Origin: the human T2T-CHM13v2.0 reference genome, Homo sapiens
Length of the DNA: 64,000 nt
Direction: 5' to 3' (one strand)
Assembly: GCF_009914755.1 (NCBI RefSeq)
Contig: NC_060937.1
Shown here: in pieces, positions 27,012-42,370 of the stretch
How positions within the stretch are numbered: position 1 is the stretch's first letter
Layout of the letters: each line of letters starts with the position of its first letter
Translations under genes and position numbers: made by a program
The notes under the pieces: generated by a model
Told to the model about the DNA's origin: nothing
The model's input: only the letters and a program-made list of their open reading frames with translations
Databases searched by the model: none

Positions 27012-29591
27012 AAAGCCTCCCTATGGGAGAATAGTTGTTTAAGCCTCAACAAGCAGTGACAAAGTCCCCATTGACAACACATCTACAAGTATATTAATTG
27101 GTAGAGATTAGATGTACAATTTAGATTTAAAAAATTTTTAACAAAACACAAGTAAAGTTAAAATTATTTGTAAATTTTGACAACCACAGCTTGTTGTGAT
27201 TGGTGGAATATCATAGCTCATTTAAATACTTGCACCAAAGTCAATTTCAAGTACATCAATGTTTCATAGGTTTCTTAAATTAGTATAGACAATATGCACC
27301 TATGCTATATTCTACTGAACTTGAAATGTGTATTTTCTTCACATATTTTTATTTTCAGTGATGAATTTTTAAATGAATTTCTAAAAGGATTTACAGTAAT
27401 GTCAGACATATCACCTTAAATGAAAAGAACATTCAAAAGTTTTATATCTTTTCTGAGTTGGAAAGGGAAAAAATAAGCTATTACTAGAATGAATTTATAT
27501 TGTTCTTTGAAGCTTCTGATGATACATATGAAGCTCAACATTATCTAATTGCTCATGAAAGTTTTCATCTTCTAATGTAGCCAACACAATAACAGCTATC
27601 ACTTATTTCACTTGTTCTATGTGCATAAAAACATTTGGGACAAAAATAAATGAAGTTGAAAATTGTACTTCCACATAAATTTTATTTTATGTAAACAATA
27701 GCATAATTTTAAAAATAAGTGAACTTAATTTAGAAGAATAGTCATTTGATCCCAATGAAAAGTCATCCTTCAGAATATGTCAATAAACCTTTTGCAGATT
27801 CTTGTATTAAATTATCGTCAATGAGCACAGCTTTTTAAAAATAGCTACTAATTTCTGAAGCAGATGTTGACCCTGCTGCAGCAGATTTATGTTTCCTGGT
27901 TTTCCTGTGGTCCTAACCCTTGTAGCTTACAGCAGGTTTTAACAAACATTTTGTGCAAGTTATACTTTTGTCTTCATATTTCTTTTGAAAATGAAATAAA
28001 CAGTAGGAAATAAATTAATTTTTTATTAAACATATATTTTGTTTCTGTGAGCCCATTTCTGCCAAAGAAGTGCACAGCAAAAAAGTGAAATAAATAGGCT
28101 GAGATCCAGGAAATGCTGGTACATCAGTACTAGTCTCTATATTCTTATGGCAAAGCTGCTCAGCCTGCATTTCCCATACATATTCCCACATATTTGGGTC
28201 AATGGGGACCAAGAGGCTTCTTGTACCTAGCAGGCCATTGTATGGGTCAAGGTACAACAAGCTGTTGCACCAAGTGGCCACCAATGGCAGCAAAGTGGAA
28301 GAATGGAAGAAGAAAGTGTTCCCACCCTCCTGTGTTGGAGGACTCTTCCTTTTAATAGAGAACACTGTAAACTTTTTTTTGACAGGGATCTGTTAATCAT
28401 GTTTTATCTGAAAAGGATCGGAAAAAGAAATATGGATTACCACTGGCTGTGTTTCATTCCGATTATATGTTAGAGAATGCTGTTTACACATGCAAGTCTC
28501 ACAGTAATAGAAACCATTGGCAAAAACAACAAGCAACAATTGGGAGGGGGACTTGGGGGAGCATCAAACAATCTGATATTGTACTCAGTGTATTGCAGCT
28601 ATTAATAACATTTGGTTATAAAATCCCCCCAAAACACTGCGACAATGTTAAACAAGATAGGATGAGATACCGGGACAATAGGTATAAGCTGTTTCCATCC
28701 TGGGAAAACTGGAATACGGCCACCTTAATAAGACCCAAAGCCTGAACTCTTCTCTAACTAGTTTAGGGTTTGTAATATTTTTTGATAAGCCCCTCCCTTG
28801 AAAAAGACTCAGTCTAACCAAATTTCTCCAAGCTTACATATTAAATCCAAATCTGAATGGCTTCTCTTATGTATTTTGCCTTGCAAAATTTGCAGCACTT
28901 ACATTAAATAAAAGTCCATATATTTCCATATATTTCATGTTTCAATTGATCTTGGCCATTAACATAATAAAAAGGAAAATTCCTGAGGATACTTCTCAAG
29001 ATTTTACATCAATGTTTGGCAAATTTGCATACATTTATGTTAAAGTCTTGGCTGATTATTCAGACATTTTCCATAAATCTCCTTTAGTCTTATTAATAAT
29101 ATACTATACATGCTGCATCTCTAGGGATTACAGAATAAATTTTATGTTTTAATAGAACTTATCTAAAAGGTTAAATTTTAATTAGAGTCAAATACAGATA
29201 TTCTCTAGTTATTTGAGAATTCTTCTGGAATGCAATTCCCTTCTGGGATTAGGGACAATAAGAATAAATATGTGTTAACCCATGAGCAGAGATCTGCATT
29301 GCTCCTAACATAGTTGCTGTTACATTTTTCTTTATTCTATGCTATTGTAAACTAGTGGGAATACGGATACTTCTTTCAGTTGCTCGAATTTTATCAATAT
29401 AGTGAACACTTATTTATAGCCCCACTCTTCTGGCAGCAGCTCTGGTCCCACTCATAGTGCAGAAGGTTTTGGGTAAGGATATAACCACAGAAGCTATACT
29501 GTACAGTTTTCTCAAAATAGGTAGATGAAAGCTAGTTGATAGATAAAGATTAGATTCATTAATTGATTTGCTTCAACCAATTTGCAATGGA

Positions 29592-29863
29592 TTTTTTTTT
29601 TGAGACAGGGTCTTGCTCTGTCGCCCAGGCTCACTGCAAGCTCCACCTTCCGGGTTCACGCCATTCTCCTGCCTCAGCCTCCCGAGCAGCTGGGACTACA
29701 GGTGCCCATCACCACGCCTGGATAATTTTTTTTTTTAATATTTTTAGTAGAGACGGGGTTTCACCGTATTAGTCAGGATGGTCTCGATCTCCTAACCTCG
29801 TGATCCACCCGCCTCGGCCTCCCAAAGTGCTGGGATTACAGGCGTGAGCCACCGCGCCTGGCC
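29592..29863 (-). mobile_element. AluY with internal deletion
   Basis: gcaagctcc..ttcacgccattc diagnostics; deletion between two ggct motifs; TSD tgcaatggattttt. Confidence 0.93.
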
Positions 29864-30558
29864 TGCAATGGATTTTTATCACTTGCAACTGATAAAATTC
29901 TAATGATAGTATGACTATATATTGTGAAATAGTGAATATTTTACCATATAATTCTTATTTTAATGTAATACAACTCTTCCTTGGGAGAAGAGCAGAACAA
30001 TAATGTAAAAAATAATAAACTTCACTATAATTTCTATTCATGATACTTTAACTCAAAACTTAAACACATGTTGTTTGCATTTTGTCCTCATGTACATTAA
30101 TTCTCTTATTAGGTAAATAGGAAGAGAAGAAATATTTTCATAGTATACTTCTAGACATTGACACTCAGATTCCTAATGAATCGTTAGGACCAATTCAATG
30201 ATTCCTTGTAAATTCGGACTTTACTACCAAACATGTTTTGATCTACACTGTGAACATTGGGCTATTCATGTAGAAAAATAACCTGCTGTTTATTTGTTGG
30301 CTTCCTTTTGTCATTTCAGAGACAAATTGTTATACATGTTATTTCCCATGTCCACAACTCCCTGCAAGGTAAATACTTGAGAATTTGGCAGTCACGTTTT
30401 TTCCAAATGGACAGAAAACATACAATTGCTGATGGATTGGTTTGAATGCAAGAAGCAGCCAGCAACTGCCATTCATGAGGATCGTATACAGGTATCTATT
30501 GTACAGCCTAAACCAAAGCATAAGCGTATCCAGTATTTCTGTTATGAAACTGCCTTGA

Positions 30559-30873
<315 letters not shown>

Positions 30874-31342
30874 GCTTTGATTTCTTAAGCCCCCAAGAAC
30901 TGTTAAGTAAGATTTTTGTACCTAGACATAAATAGAATAAACCGTTTGGTTCAGGTGATGGAGCTGTGCCTGGAGAAGGAGCAACAGCCTTTGCCCTAAT
31001 TCAGCAGAATTAAGGGTTTATTAATGTGCAAGTATTTCACAAAAATAATTCTGCTTATAAGATGTGTTGATTGAACTGATTGAAATATCTAGAAGACATG
31101 TCACGCAGAGCACACATTATGGAGATTTTGCAACACTGAATGGGAAAGCATTAAAAATGTAAAAGGAAGAAAAGTTGTGGGTTTCAGAAAGAATAGTTCC
31201 CATGAAAGGACTGCCCGACTGTACTTAAAAACAAACAAACAAAAAACCACATTGTGGTGTTTAACATTTTCCTTATGTTGTCAATACGCCTTATATTTGT
31301 CTATTGACAGAGTCATCATCTGCCTCACAATGCAAGCTCTGA

Positions 31343-31665
<323 letters not shown>

Positions 31666-33559
31666 TGAAAGCTAAGAACTGTTTCTATAGGGCTTGGCAA
31701 GGAGCCACATTGACATGGATATTTAATAAATGCCTTTTGATCAAAAGGAAAAGAGAAACAGAGGAAAATGGGGGTGAAGAAAACTACATAAGAAAAAACA
31801 AAGCAAAAAAAATATTGATTTACTTATTTGTAAAATCAAGGGAATGAGAAATATACTATTTTTTTAATTCTATGAACTAATGTTCAAATAATCTAAAGTG
31901 TTACATTTTTAAAGTGTGTATAAACAACTGACATAAGTAATGACTAGGTTGTAAAAAGTCATTTATCATCTACCTAAGACCTAAGAACTATGCTGACTCA
32001 AATTTAATAACCCAGGAAAATCTTGATGCTGCCAGCAGGTGCTTCCTCCATTTGACCCTGAGAGTGTCATGGTGGTTTTATGTACCAGAATACACCTTTG
32101 TCAGCCTCCTCAGGTTTGATAATACTATATCAGTTTTGGTTCACAGACAAGCTTGCCATATCATATTTAGCTGCCAATATAGATGATCTGAACTCGAGTT
32201 CTTGTCAGGGTACATAATATCAGACTTGCTACCGCCTAATGTCAAAAGTTGGGTTAAGAGAAAATAACATTTAGGAAGGATTGCCTGAAGATTATATAGT
32301 CTATTTCTCTAGATACCGTAATTCCTATGCCTTTACTTAACTCATCAAATATTTATATAGATGAGGACTATTGTATTGGTTCCCCACAGGACTAGTTTTG
32401 TTAAATTGTGATTTAGTATAATTCCATTAGCGTTACAGTATAAGAAATAGCACTATACAATTCAAAGCTGTGTTTACCAGTAGATGTAAATGAGAATTTC
32501 GTTTGTTAGGTTGCAGTGTCCTCCTTGGAAGCAACTTGGAAAACATAGTTTGCTCTCTACAGACGCTATGACTCATGAGCTTATCCTATTTTCTCGTCTG
32601 CTTTTCTGCTATAGTATAAGGTTAGAGTCAAACTGTGACTCAAATTTTTGTGTTCTAGCCTCATTTCTAGATTTATTTATACCTCTATCCTAGCCACTTC
32701 TTTATAATACATATTTCTAATTTACTATTTTGGTGAATTTTATGCATCTTGTGAACTTTCCTAATCTTCTCTGGAATAATAACACACATAAATAAATAAG
32801 TAATTTTACCAAGACTTTTCTATATTCTTTGAACTCACCATATCCCTTGTGCTCAAATATTGGCCAAACATTCTAATATACTGAGAAGGCTAGTACGAAA
32901 TATGAGCATCATGGTTTCAGCTTACAGCTGACAGCAAACTCTCATCTTTTTAAAATGTTTTTTTCTCTCCCATTATGCTCTATTTTAAAAAAAGAGGTGT
33001 CTTACTCCCTCCTAATAAAGGTTAATCTTTATTTTTCTGCCATTGCACCTCCATTATCATCCCCTTTCTCTTCCCAGAAACTCTACTGAGACCTCTTCTA
33101 TCTCAATTACAATATGCTCAGGTCTCCTTTATATTAATGGTAAAAAACCACAATTACTTTTGCACCAATCTAATACAAAAACAGAAACAAAAAATTTCCT
33201 TATCAGGTTTTCTCATATACTTTCCTCTTGCTTTTGGTTATAATCTCAAACAATCATCTACATCCTGTGAATCTGCTTCCTACTACCACCCCATTCCTCA
33301 ATCCCTTACTCTGTAGCTCCAAACTGAACACTGAACCTTTCATGGAAACCTCCTGTAACTTTCTGATGACTTATCAAGCGTAATGACTTGTTCTCTGTAT
33401 TCTTTGTATTTGACATTTTCTGTGGCCATTGATTTTCTCTTACTATGAAAAATCTATATCTTTTTCATTTTGTAATTGTTATTTTTTAAAACTGGTACTT
33501 CCTTTCTTCTCATTCTTATTTACTTGTCCTTCTTTACTCCTCACTAAATAACAACAATA

Positions 33560-33619
33560 AACTTAGTAATATTTATTAAGCACCTACGTTCTGTGAGACA
33601 CTGAACTAAATATGTTTCT
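33560..33619 (-). mobile_element. MIR left part; the remainder resumes after the L1 and MSTA at ~40803-40960
   Basis: taatatttattaagcacctac...cactgaactaaatatg joins tatgcattattacttttaacctcatatgaaccctatgag...tatagatggaaagtctgaaactc. Confidence 0.6.
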
Positions 33620-33648
33620 TTGTTGTTGTTTTTGTTTTTTGTGGTTAA

Positions 33649-33971
<323 letters not shown>

Positions 33972-33974
33972 CTT

Positions 33975-36900
33975 TTTCTTCAAGTTTTATTTTAAGTTCT
34001 GAGGTACATGGGCAGGGTGTGCAGGTTTGTTACATAGGTCAATGTGTGCCATGGTGGTTGCTGCACAGATCATCCCATTACAGAATATCCTATCACAGAA
34101 TAGCCAGGTATCCATTAGCTATTCTTCCTGATGCTCTCCCTCCCCTGACCTTAACCCCTCCAACCGACCCCAACGTGTGTCTTTCCCTCCCATGTGTCCA
34201 TGTGTTCTCATCATTCAGCTCCTGCTTATAAGTGAGAACATGTGGTGTTTGGTTTTCTGTTCCTGTGTTAGTTTGCTGAGGATAATGGCTTCCAACTCCA
34301 TCCATGTCCCTGAAATGGACATCATCTCATTCCTTTTTACAGCTGTATAGTATTCCATGGTGTATATGTACTATTTTTTATAATCCAGTCTATTATTGAT
34401 GGACATTTAGGTTGATTTCATGTCTTTGCTATTGTGAATAGTGCTGCAGCAAACATGTATGTGGATTTATCATTATAATAGAATGATTTATATTCTATTA
34501 TATTATATTCTATTATATCCCATTAATGGGAGTGCTGGGTCAAATTGTATTTTTGCCTGTAGGTCTTTGAGGAATTGCCACACTGTCTTCCACAATGGTT
34601 GAAATAATTTACATTCCCACCAAGAATGTAAAAGCATTCCTTTTTCTCTGCAACCCTGTCAGTGTCTGTTGCTTTTTGACTTTTTAATAATAGCCATTCT
34701 GACTGGCATGAGGTGGTATCTCATTGTGGTTCTGATTTGCATTTTTCTAATAATCAGTGATGTTGAGGTTTTTAAAATGTTTGTGGCCAAATGTATGTCT
34801 TCTTTTGAGAAGTGTCCATGTCCTTTTCTCACTTTTTAATTGTTTTTTTTTTTTTACTTATAAATTTAAGTTCCTTGGAGACTCGGATATTAGACCTTTG
34901 TCAGATGGATAGATTGAAAAACTTTTCTCCCATTTTATAGGCTGTCTCTTCACTCTGATGATAGTGTCTTTTGCTGTGCAGAAGTTCTTTAGTTTAATTA
35001 GATCCAGTTTGTCTATTTTTGCTTTTGTTGCTATTGCTTTCGATGTTTTTGTCGTGAAATATTTGCCTGTATCTATGTCCTGAATGGTATTGCCTAGATT
35101 TTCTTCCAGGGTTTTTATAGTTTTGGGTTTTATATTTAAGTCTTTAATCCATCTTGAGTTAATTTTTGTATATTATGTAAGGAAGGGGCCAGATTCAATT
35201 TTCTGCATGTGGCTAGCCAATTCTCCGAGCACCATTTATTAAATAAGGAATCCTTTCCCTATTGCTTCTTTTTGTCAGGTTTGTCAAAGACCAGATGGTT
35301 GCAGGTGTACAGTCTTACTTCTGAGTTCTCTATTCTGTTCCATTGGACTATTCGTCTGTTTTTGTACCAGTACCATGCTGTTTTGGTTACTGTAGCCTTG
35401 AAGTATAGTTTGAAGTCAGGTAGCATGATGCCTCCAGCTTTGTTCTTTTTGCTTAGAATTGTCTTGGCTACTACGGCTCTATTTGGTTGTATATGAATTT
35501 TAAAATAGTTTTTTTCTAATTATGTGAAGAATGTCAACGGTACTTTTATGGGAATAGCATTGAGTCGATAAATCACTTTGGGCAGTACGGCTATTTTCAT
35601 GATATTGATTCTTCCTAACCATGAGCATGGAATGCTTTTCCTTTTGTGTCCTCTGATTTCTTTGAGCAGTGGTGTGTAGTTCTCCCTGAAGAGGTCCTTC
35701 ACTTTGCTTGTTAGCTGCATTCCTAGGTATTTTATTCTTTTTTGTAGCAATTGTGAATGAGAGTTCATTCATGATTTGGTTCTCTGCTTGCCTGTTGTTG
35801 GTGTATAGGAATGCTAGAGAATTTGCACATTGATTTTGTATCCTGAGATTTTGCTGAAGATGCTTATCAGCTTAAGCTTTTGTGCTGAGTTGATGAAGTT
35901 TTCCACATATAGGATCATGTCATCTACAGAGACAATTTAAGTTCCTCTCTTCCTGTTTAAGTACCTTTTACTTCTTTCTCTTGCCTGATTGACTTGGCCA
36001 GAACTTCCAATACTGTGTTGAATAGGAGTAATGAGAGAGGACATCCTTGTCTTGTGCCAGTTTACAAAAAGGAATGCTTCTAGTTTTTGCCCATTCAGTG
36101 TGATATTGGCTGTCAGTTTTTCATACATGAGATATTTCCCTTCAATACCTAGTTTATTGAAATATTTTAACATGAAAGGATATTGAATTTTATCAAAGGC
36201 CTTTTCTGCGTCTATTGAGATAATCACATGGTTTTTGTCTTTAGTTCTCTTTATGTGATGACTGACATTTATTGATTTGCATTTGTTGAACCAACCTTGC
36301 ATCCTGGGGATAAAGCCAACTTGATTGTGATGGATGAGCTTTCTGATGTGCTGCTGGATTCAGTTTGCCCGTATTTTGTTGAGGATTTTTGCATCAAGGT
36401 TCATCAAGGATAATGGCCTGAAGTTTTCTTTCTTTGTTGTATCTCTGCCAGGTTTTGGTATCAAGATGATGCTGGCCTCATAGAATGAGTTAAGGAGGAG
36501 ACTCTCCTATTCCCTTTTTTGGAGTAGTTTTAGTAGAACTGGTACCAGCTCTCCTTTGTACCTCTGGTAGAATTCAGCTGTTAATCCATCTGGTCCTGAG
36601 CCTTTTTTGGTTGGTATGCTATTTATTACTACCTCAATTTTACAACTCATTATTGATATTTTCAGGGATTCAATTTCTTCCTGGTTCAGTCTTGGGAGGG
36701 TGTATATGTCCAGGAATTTATCCATTTCTTCTAGACATTCTAGTTTATGTGCATAGAGGCGTTTATATCATTCTCTGATGGTTATTTGTATATCTATGGG
36801 AACAGTAGTGATGTCTCCATTATCATTTCTGATTCTGTTTATTTGGTTCGTCTCTCTTTTTTCCTTTGTCTAGCTAGCAGTATACATACATATTTTTCTT

Positions 36901-39900
36901 TTTCAAAAAACCAGATCCTGGATTCATTGATATTTTGAAAGATTTTGTTTCTCTATCTCTTTCAGTTCAGCTTTAATCTTGGTTATTTCTTGTTTTCTGC
37001 TAGGTTTGGGGTTTGGGTGCTCTAGGTTCTCTATTTCTTTTAGTTGTGATGTTAGGTTGTAAACCTGAGATCTTTCTAGTTTTTTGATGTGGGCATTTAG
37101 TGCTATAAATTTTTCTTTTAATACTGCTCTGGCAGAGTCCCGGAGATTCTGTTACATTGTCTCTTTACTCCTATTAGTTTCAAAGAACTTCTTGATTTTT
37201 GCCTTAATTTTATTATTTACCCAAGAGTCATTCAAGAGCTGGTAGTTCAGTTTCCTTGTAGTTGTGTGGTTTCAGGTGAACTTCTTAATCTTGAGTTCTA
37301 GTTTGATTGTGCTGTGGTCTGAGAGACTGTTAAGATTTAAGTTCCTTTGCATTTGCTGAGGAGTATTTTAATTCTCATTATGTGATCAATTTTAGAGTAA
37401 GTGCCAGAGTTCTGTAGATATCTATCAGGTCCACTTGATCCAGAGCTTAGTTCAGGCCCTAAATATCTTTGTTAATTTTCTGTCTCAGTGATCTGTCTAA
37501 TAATGTAAGTGGGGTGTTAAAGTCTCCCACTATTATTATGTGGGAGTTGAAGTCTCTTTGCAGATCTCTAAGAACTTGCTTTATGAATTTAGGTGTTCCT
37601 GTATTGGGTATATATATATAATAGTTAGCTCTTCTTGTTGAATTGAACTCTTTACCATTATGCAATACCCTTCTTGTCTTTTTTGATATTTGTTGCTTTA
37701 AAGTCTATTTTGTCAGAAATTAGGAGTGCAACCCCTGCTTTTTTCTGTCTTCTATTTGCTTGGTAAATTTTCCTCCACTCTGTTATTTTGAGCCTATCTG
37801 TATCTTTGCATGTGAGATGGGTCTCTTGCAGAGAGCATGCAAATGGGCCTTGGTTCTTTATTCAGCTTGCCATTCTGTGTCTTTTAATTGGGGCATTTAG
37901 CCCATTTACATTTAAGGTTAGTATTGTTATGTGTGAATTTGATCCTATCATCATGATGCTAACTGGTTATTTTGTAGACTTGTTTATATGGTTGCTTCAT
38001 AGTGTCACTGGTCTGTGTACTTCAATGTGTATTTGTTAGTGGCTGGTAATGGTTTTTCCTTTCCATATTTAGTGCTTCCTTCAGGAACTCTTGCAAGGCA
38101 GGCCTGGTGGTGGCGAATTCCCACAGCATTTGCTTGTCTGAACAGGATCTTATTTCTCCTTCATTTATGAAGCTTAGTTTGCCCAGATATGAAATTCTAG
38201 GTTTGAAATTCCTTTCTTTAGGAATGTTGAATATTTACCCCCAATCTCATCAGGCTTGTCGAGTTTCCACTGAAAGATCTTCTGTTAGTCTGATGACCTT
38301 CCCTTTGTAGGTGACCTGGCCTTTCTCTCTGACTACCCTTAACAATTTTTCTTTCATTTCAACCTTGGAGAATTTGAAAATTATGTGTCTTGGGGTTGAT
38401 CTCGTGGAGCATCTTACAGGGGTTCTCTGCAGTTCCTGAATTTGCAGTGGGCCTGTCTTCTTAGGTTGAGGAAGTTCTCCTGGATGATATCCTGAAGTAT
38501 GTTTTACAACTTGGTTCCATTCTCCTCATTTCTTTCAGGTACCCCCAATCAGTTGTAGGTTCGGTTTCTTTATGTAATCTCATATTTCTCAGAGGTTTTG
38601 TTTATTACTTTTCATTTATTTTCTCTACTCTTGTCTGCCTGTCTTATTTCAGAATGGTAGTGTTGAGGCTCTGAGATTATTTCCTCCACTTGGCCTATCC
38701 TGCTATTGATACTTTTGATTGCATTGTGAGTTTGTATTGTGCTTTTCAGCTCCATCAGATTGGTTATGTTCCTCTCTAAACTGGCTATTCTGGCTGTCAG
38801 CTCCTGTATTGTTTTATCATGATTCTTAGCTTCTTTGCATTGGGTTAGAACAGCAAATTTTGTTATTATCTACCTTCTGAAGCTTACTTCTGTCAATTCA
38901 GCCATCTAAGCCTCAGTCTACTTCTGTGGCCTTGCTGGAGAGGTGTTATGGTCATTTGGAAAAGTAGAGTCACTCTGGCTTTTTGAGTTTTCGTTGTTTT
39001 TATGTTTATCCTTTCTCATCTTTGTGGACTTTTCTACCTTTGGTCTTTGAGGTTGCTGACCTTTAAATGGGTTTTTTGTGGAGTCTTTTTTTTTGTATGT
39101 TTTTGTTGTTTCCCATTTGTTTGTTTTTCTTTTAACAGTCAGGCCACTCTTCTATAGGGCTGCTGTGGTTTCCTGGGGGTCTGCTCCATACTCTAGTTGC
39201 CTCAGTTTTCCCCTCACCTGGAGGTATCACCAGTAAAGGCTGTAAAACTGAAAAGATGGCAGCCTGATCCTTCCTCTGCAAGCTCAGTCCAGAAGGTTAC
39301 TGACCTGTTCCTGGCCCAAACATCCCTGTAGGTTGCTGGAGACCCCTGTTGGATGGTCACACCCTGTCAGGAGGAACAACATAAGGGACTCACTTAAAGA
39401 AGCAGTCTGGCTGCTTTTTGTCAGAGCAGGTGTGCTGTACTGGGGGAACCCTTCCTCATCTGGACCATCTGGCCTCTCCAAAGTTGGCAGGCTGGAATGG
39501 GTGATTCAATTGAATGACAGAGATGGTGACTGTCCCTCTCCTCAGGAGCTCAGTCCAAGGAAGAGATCAGAGCTGTCTGTATAACCCTGGCTGGAGTGGC
39601 TGAAGCCCCCACAGGGAGGTCCTGCCCAGTGAGGAGGAATGGATTGGGGTCCCACTTAAAGAAGCAGTCTGGCCACGATTTGGCAAAGCAACTGTGCTGC
39701 ACTGTGGGAGGCCCTTCCTTTTCCAGACCATTTGGACTCCCCAAAGCTAGCAGGCTGGAACAATTGAGTCAATCGAACTACAGAGATGGTGGCCACCCTT
39801 CCCCCTGAGAACTTGGTCCCATCTCAGACAGACTGCAGCCTGTTGTCTTTGGCTGGCTGGAATTCCAAGTCAGTGAGTCTTAACTTGTGAGGTGCTGTGG

Positions 39901-40418
39901 AAGTGGAGCCCACAAAATGATGCTGCTTGGCTCCCTAGATTCAACCCCCTTCCTAGGAGTCTGTATGGATGGATGTCTCACCTTGCCAGGGATCCTGGGG
40001 CCAGAATATGTAAAACTCTTGAGTCTCTGTGTGCTTGAGTGGCTGCTCTGCCAAGAGTTCACAGAGCTCTGTGTATCAGACCCAATGCCCTTAATGCATG
40101 CGTTCATGAGGGGATCTCCTGGTCCAACAGTTGCAAAGATCTGTGGGAGAAGAATGTTTTCCCCAGTGGGTTTGCACAATTACTCACCACTTCCCTTGGT
40201 TGGGGGTGGGGGTTCCTTTGGCACCATGCTGTCCTGGGTGGGCTGTCACCCCATGCTACTATTCTTCATTCTCTGTGGGTCAAGTTGTTTGCCTAATAAG
40301 TCCCAATATGAGATCCTGCGTATTTCAGTTGAAGGTGCTGAGTTAACTTCCCCCTTTCATTCCTCTCTGTAAGTGCTGCAGACTACAGTTGCTTCTAATT
40401 GTCCATCTCATCCCCTCC
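33975..40418 (-). mobile_element. Near full-length inactive L1PA (about PA10-PA13 age) with 5'UTR, ORF1, ORF2 and 3'UTR
   Basis: Endonuclease remnant HIIIVGDFNTPLT (37459-37665); RT remnant [20 protein letters not shown] (35937-36302); ORF1 region ~38050-39100; 5' end reads gagatggacaattagaagcaact on minus; many stops and frameshifts. Confidence 0.95.
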
Positions 40419-40427
40419 TTTCTATGC

Positions 40428-40802
40428 CGATATGGTTTGGATTTCTGTCCCTACCCAAAGCTCATGTCAAATTGTGATTCTCAGTTTTGGAGGAGGGGCT
40501 TGATGGAGGGTGATTGGATCATGGGGGTAAATTTGTCCTTTGCTGTAAGTGAGTTCTCACAAAATCTGGTTGTTTAAAAGTGTGTAGCATCTCCTCTTTC
40601 ACTCTCTGTTTCTCCTGATCCAGCCATGTAGGACGCGCCTGCTTCCCCTTTGCCTTCTGCCATGATTGTAAGTTTCCTGAGGCCTCCCCAGCCATGCCTT
40701 CTGTACAGCCTGCAGAACTGTGAGTCAATTAAACCTCTTTTTCTTTATAAATTACCCAGTGTTTGGAAGTTATTTATGGCAATGCAAGAATGGACTAATG
40801 CA
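40428..40802 (+). mobile_element. MSTA-like MaLR solo LTR
   Basis: gatatggtttggatttctgtccc...gaatggactaatgca; 5-bp TSD tatgc. Confidence 0.9.
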
Positions 40803-40980
40803 TATGCATTATTACTTTTAACCTCATATGAACCCTATGAGAGACTTGCTGTTAATATTTTCACGTTATAGATGGAAAGTCTGAAACTCTGGTTAATTAA
40901 CTTGTCTAAGGTTGCACATGTATTGTCTGATAGAGGTTTGATTTAAGCTGTTTAAATTCAAAAGCATATATTTGTAATCC

Positions 40981-41380
40981 TTTTTTATTTTAATTTTTTC
41001 AATCTTATGAATATGTAATAGAGGTATATATTTATGGGTTACATGCGATATTTTGATAAAAGCATACAATGTATAATGATAAAGTCTGGGTAATTGGGAA
41101 ATTCATCACCTCAAACGTGTATTATTGCTTTATGTTGGGAACTTTCCAAATCTGCTCTTCTAGTAATTTTAAAATATACAATAAATTATTGTTAACTATA
41201 GTTGCCCTATTGTGATACTGAACACTAGATTTTATTCCTTGTAACTGTATTTTTGTACCCATTTACCAGCCCCTCTTTATCTCCCCATCCCCATTACCCT
41301 TTCCAGCCTCTGGTAATCACCATTCTATTCACTGCCTCTATGAAATCATTTTTTTTAGCTCCCACATATGAATAAGAGCA
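40981..41380 (-). mobile_element. L1MA 3'UTR fragment
   Basis: catacaatgtataatgat...aaatatacaataaattattgttaactatagtt...ccagcctctggtaatcaccattcta...tagctcccacatatga. Confidence 0.85.
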
Positions 41381-41929
41381 TTGACCTTAATTACTACTAT
41401 ATACGGCCAATTAATAATGTTTTATATTTTTTCCTCAACATCTTCCCTTTGTTGTTAACTTCTCTCTTCCTTTTACCTATCTAGTATCCTTTGTATTCAA
41501 ATGCCCATGTCAGTCATTCCAATTCTGACTGTCCGAATAAAAGAAGAAAGTTAAAATGTATTGACTGCCCACACACTTTCCTATCATTTTCATAAATAAT
41601 AATAGTTATCACTTATTTATTGCTTCATGTCTATAAGGCACTGTTCCAAGCATCTTCTACACAATATCTTCAGTAGCCCTCTATAAAATTCTTGAAAATA
41701 GATCTCATAGTACTGGATTTACATTCAAACATGTCAATAGTATTCTGGGCAATATTTGCTAATTCTTCTTATTTCTGATTTGCTTCATAACTATAGGTCT
41801 CCTGAGTTGGAGCATTTGAATTTTCCACCCTGACTTAGCCAATAAGTAGTCTCATTTGCTCTCTTTTCCACTTCATTTCTTCTGCCTGAATTCATCTGTC
41901 TCAGGCAGCTTTGTTTTTTGATGATTTAT

Positions 41930-42370
41930 TAGTTAAGATGTTTTCAAGTGCAACCTTAAGAAGTCAACTTTAAAATAAGAATGTATTTACTTACATTTCT
42001 GAAAATCTAAAAGGAGGGTAGGCTCAAATATATTTGTATCCTTTGCTCTAATTCTTTTTGATTTTGGAGGCTCTGTCTTCCAAAGTGTCAGCCTTAGTCT
42101 TATGCCAGCTTCAAAAATAGCTACAGGCATCAGTCAACCACAAGTGCCTTCTTCATTCATATCCAGGGAGCAGGCTGTTCCTTCCTCTTATCACCAAACT
42201 GTATCCTGAGTTACAACGATGTTGAACCATCCTGATATTCTTGGGCACAGCATTTATTGGCTGACTTGGACTTGGGTTCCTTAAAGCCATTATTATGGCA
42301 AGAGGATTAAATTTACTCTGATTTTTCCACAAATAAGGCCCGCTATGGATACCCTAGTGGGGACAATCTA
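41930..42370 (-). mobile_element. Possible very old MLT1K/L-type LTR
   Basis: Weak similarity only (gttaagatgttttcaagtgcaa..., ctgtatcctgagtt, attggctgacttggacttggg). Confidence 0.35.

Noticed and set aside
28277-28292. CTCF-like ggccaccaatggcagca
   Set aside because: One base short in the motif core, so spacing is wrong.
33975-40418. Potentially active full-length L1
   Set aside because: ORF1 and ORF2 are broken by many stops, frameshifts and deletions; old subfamily.
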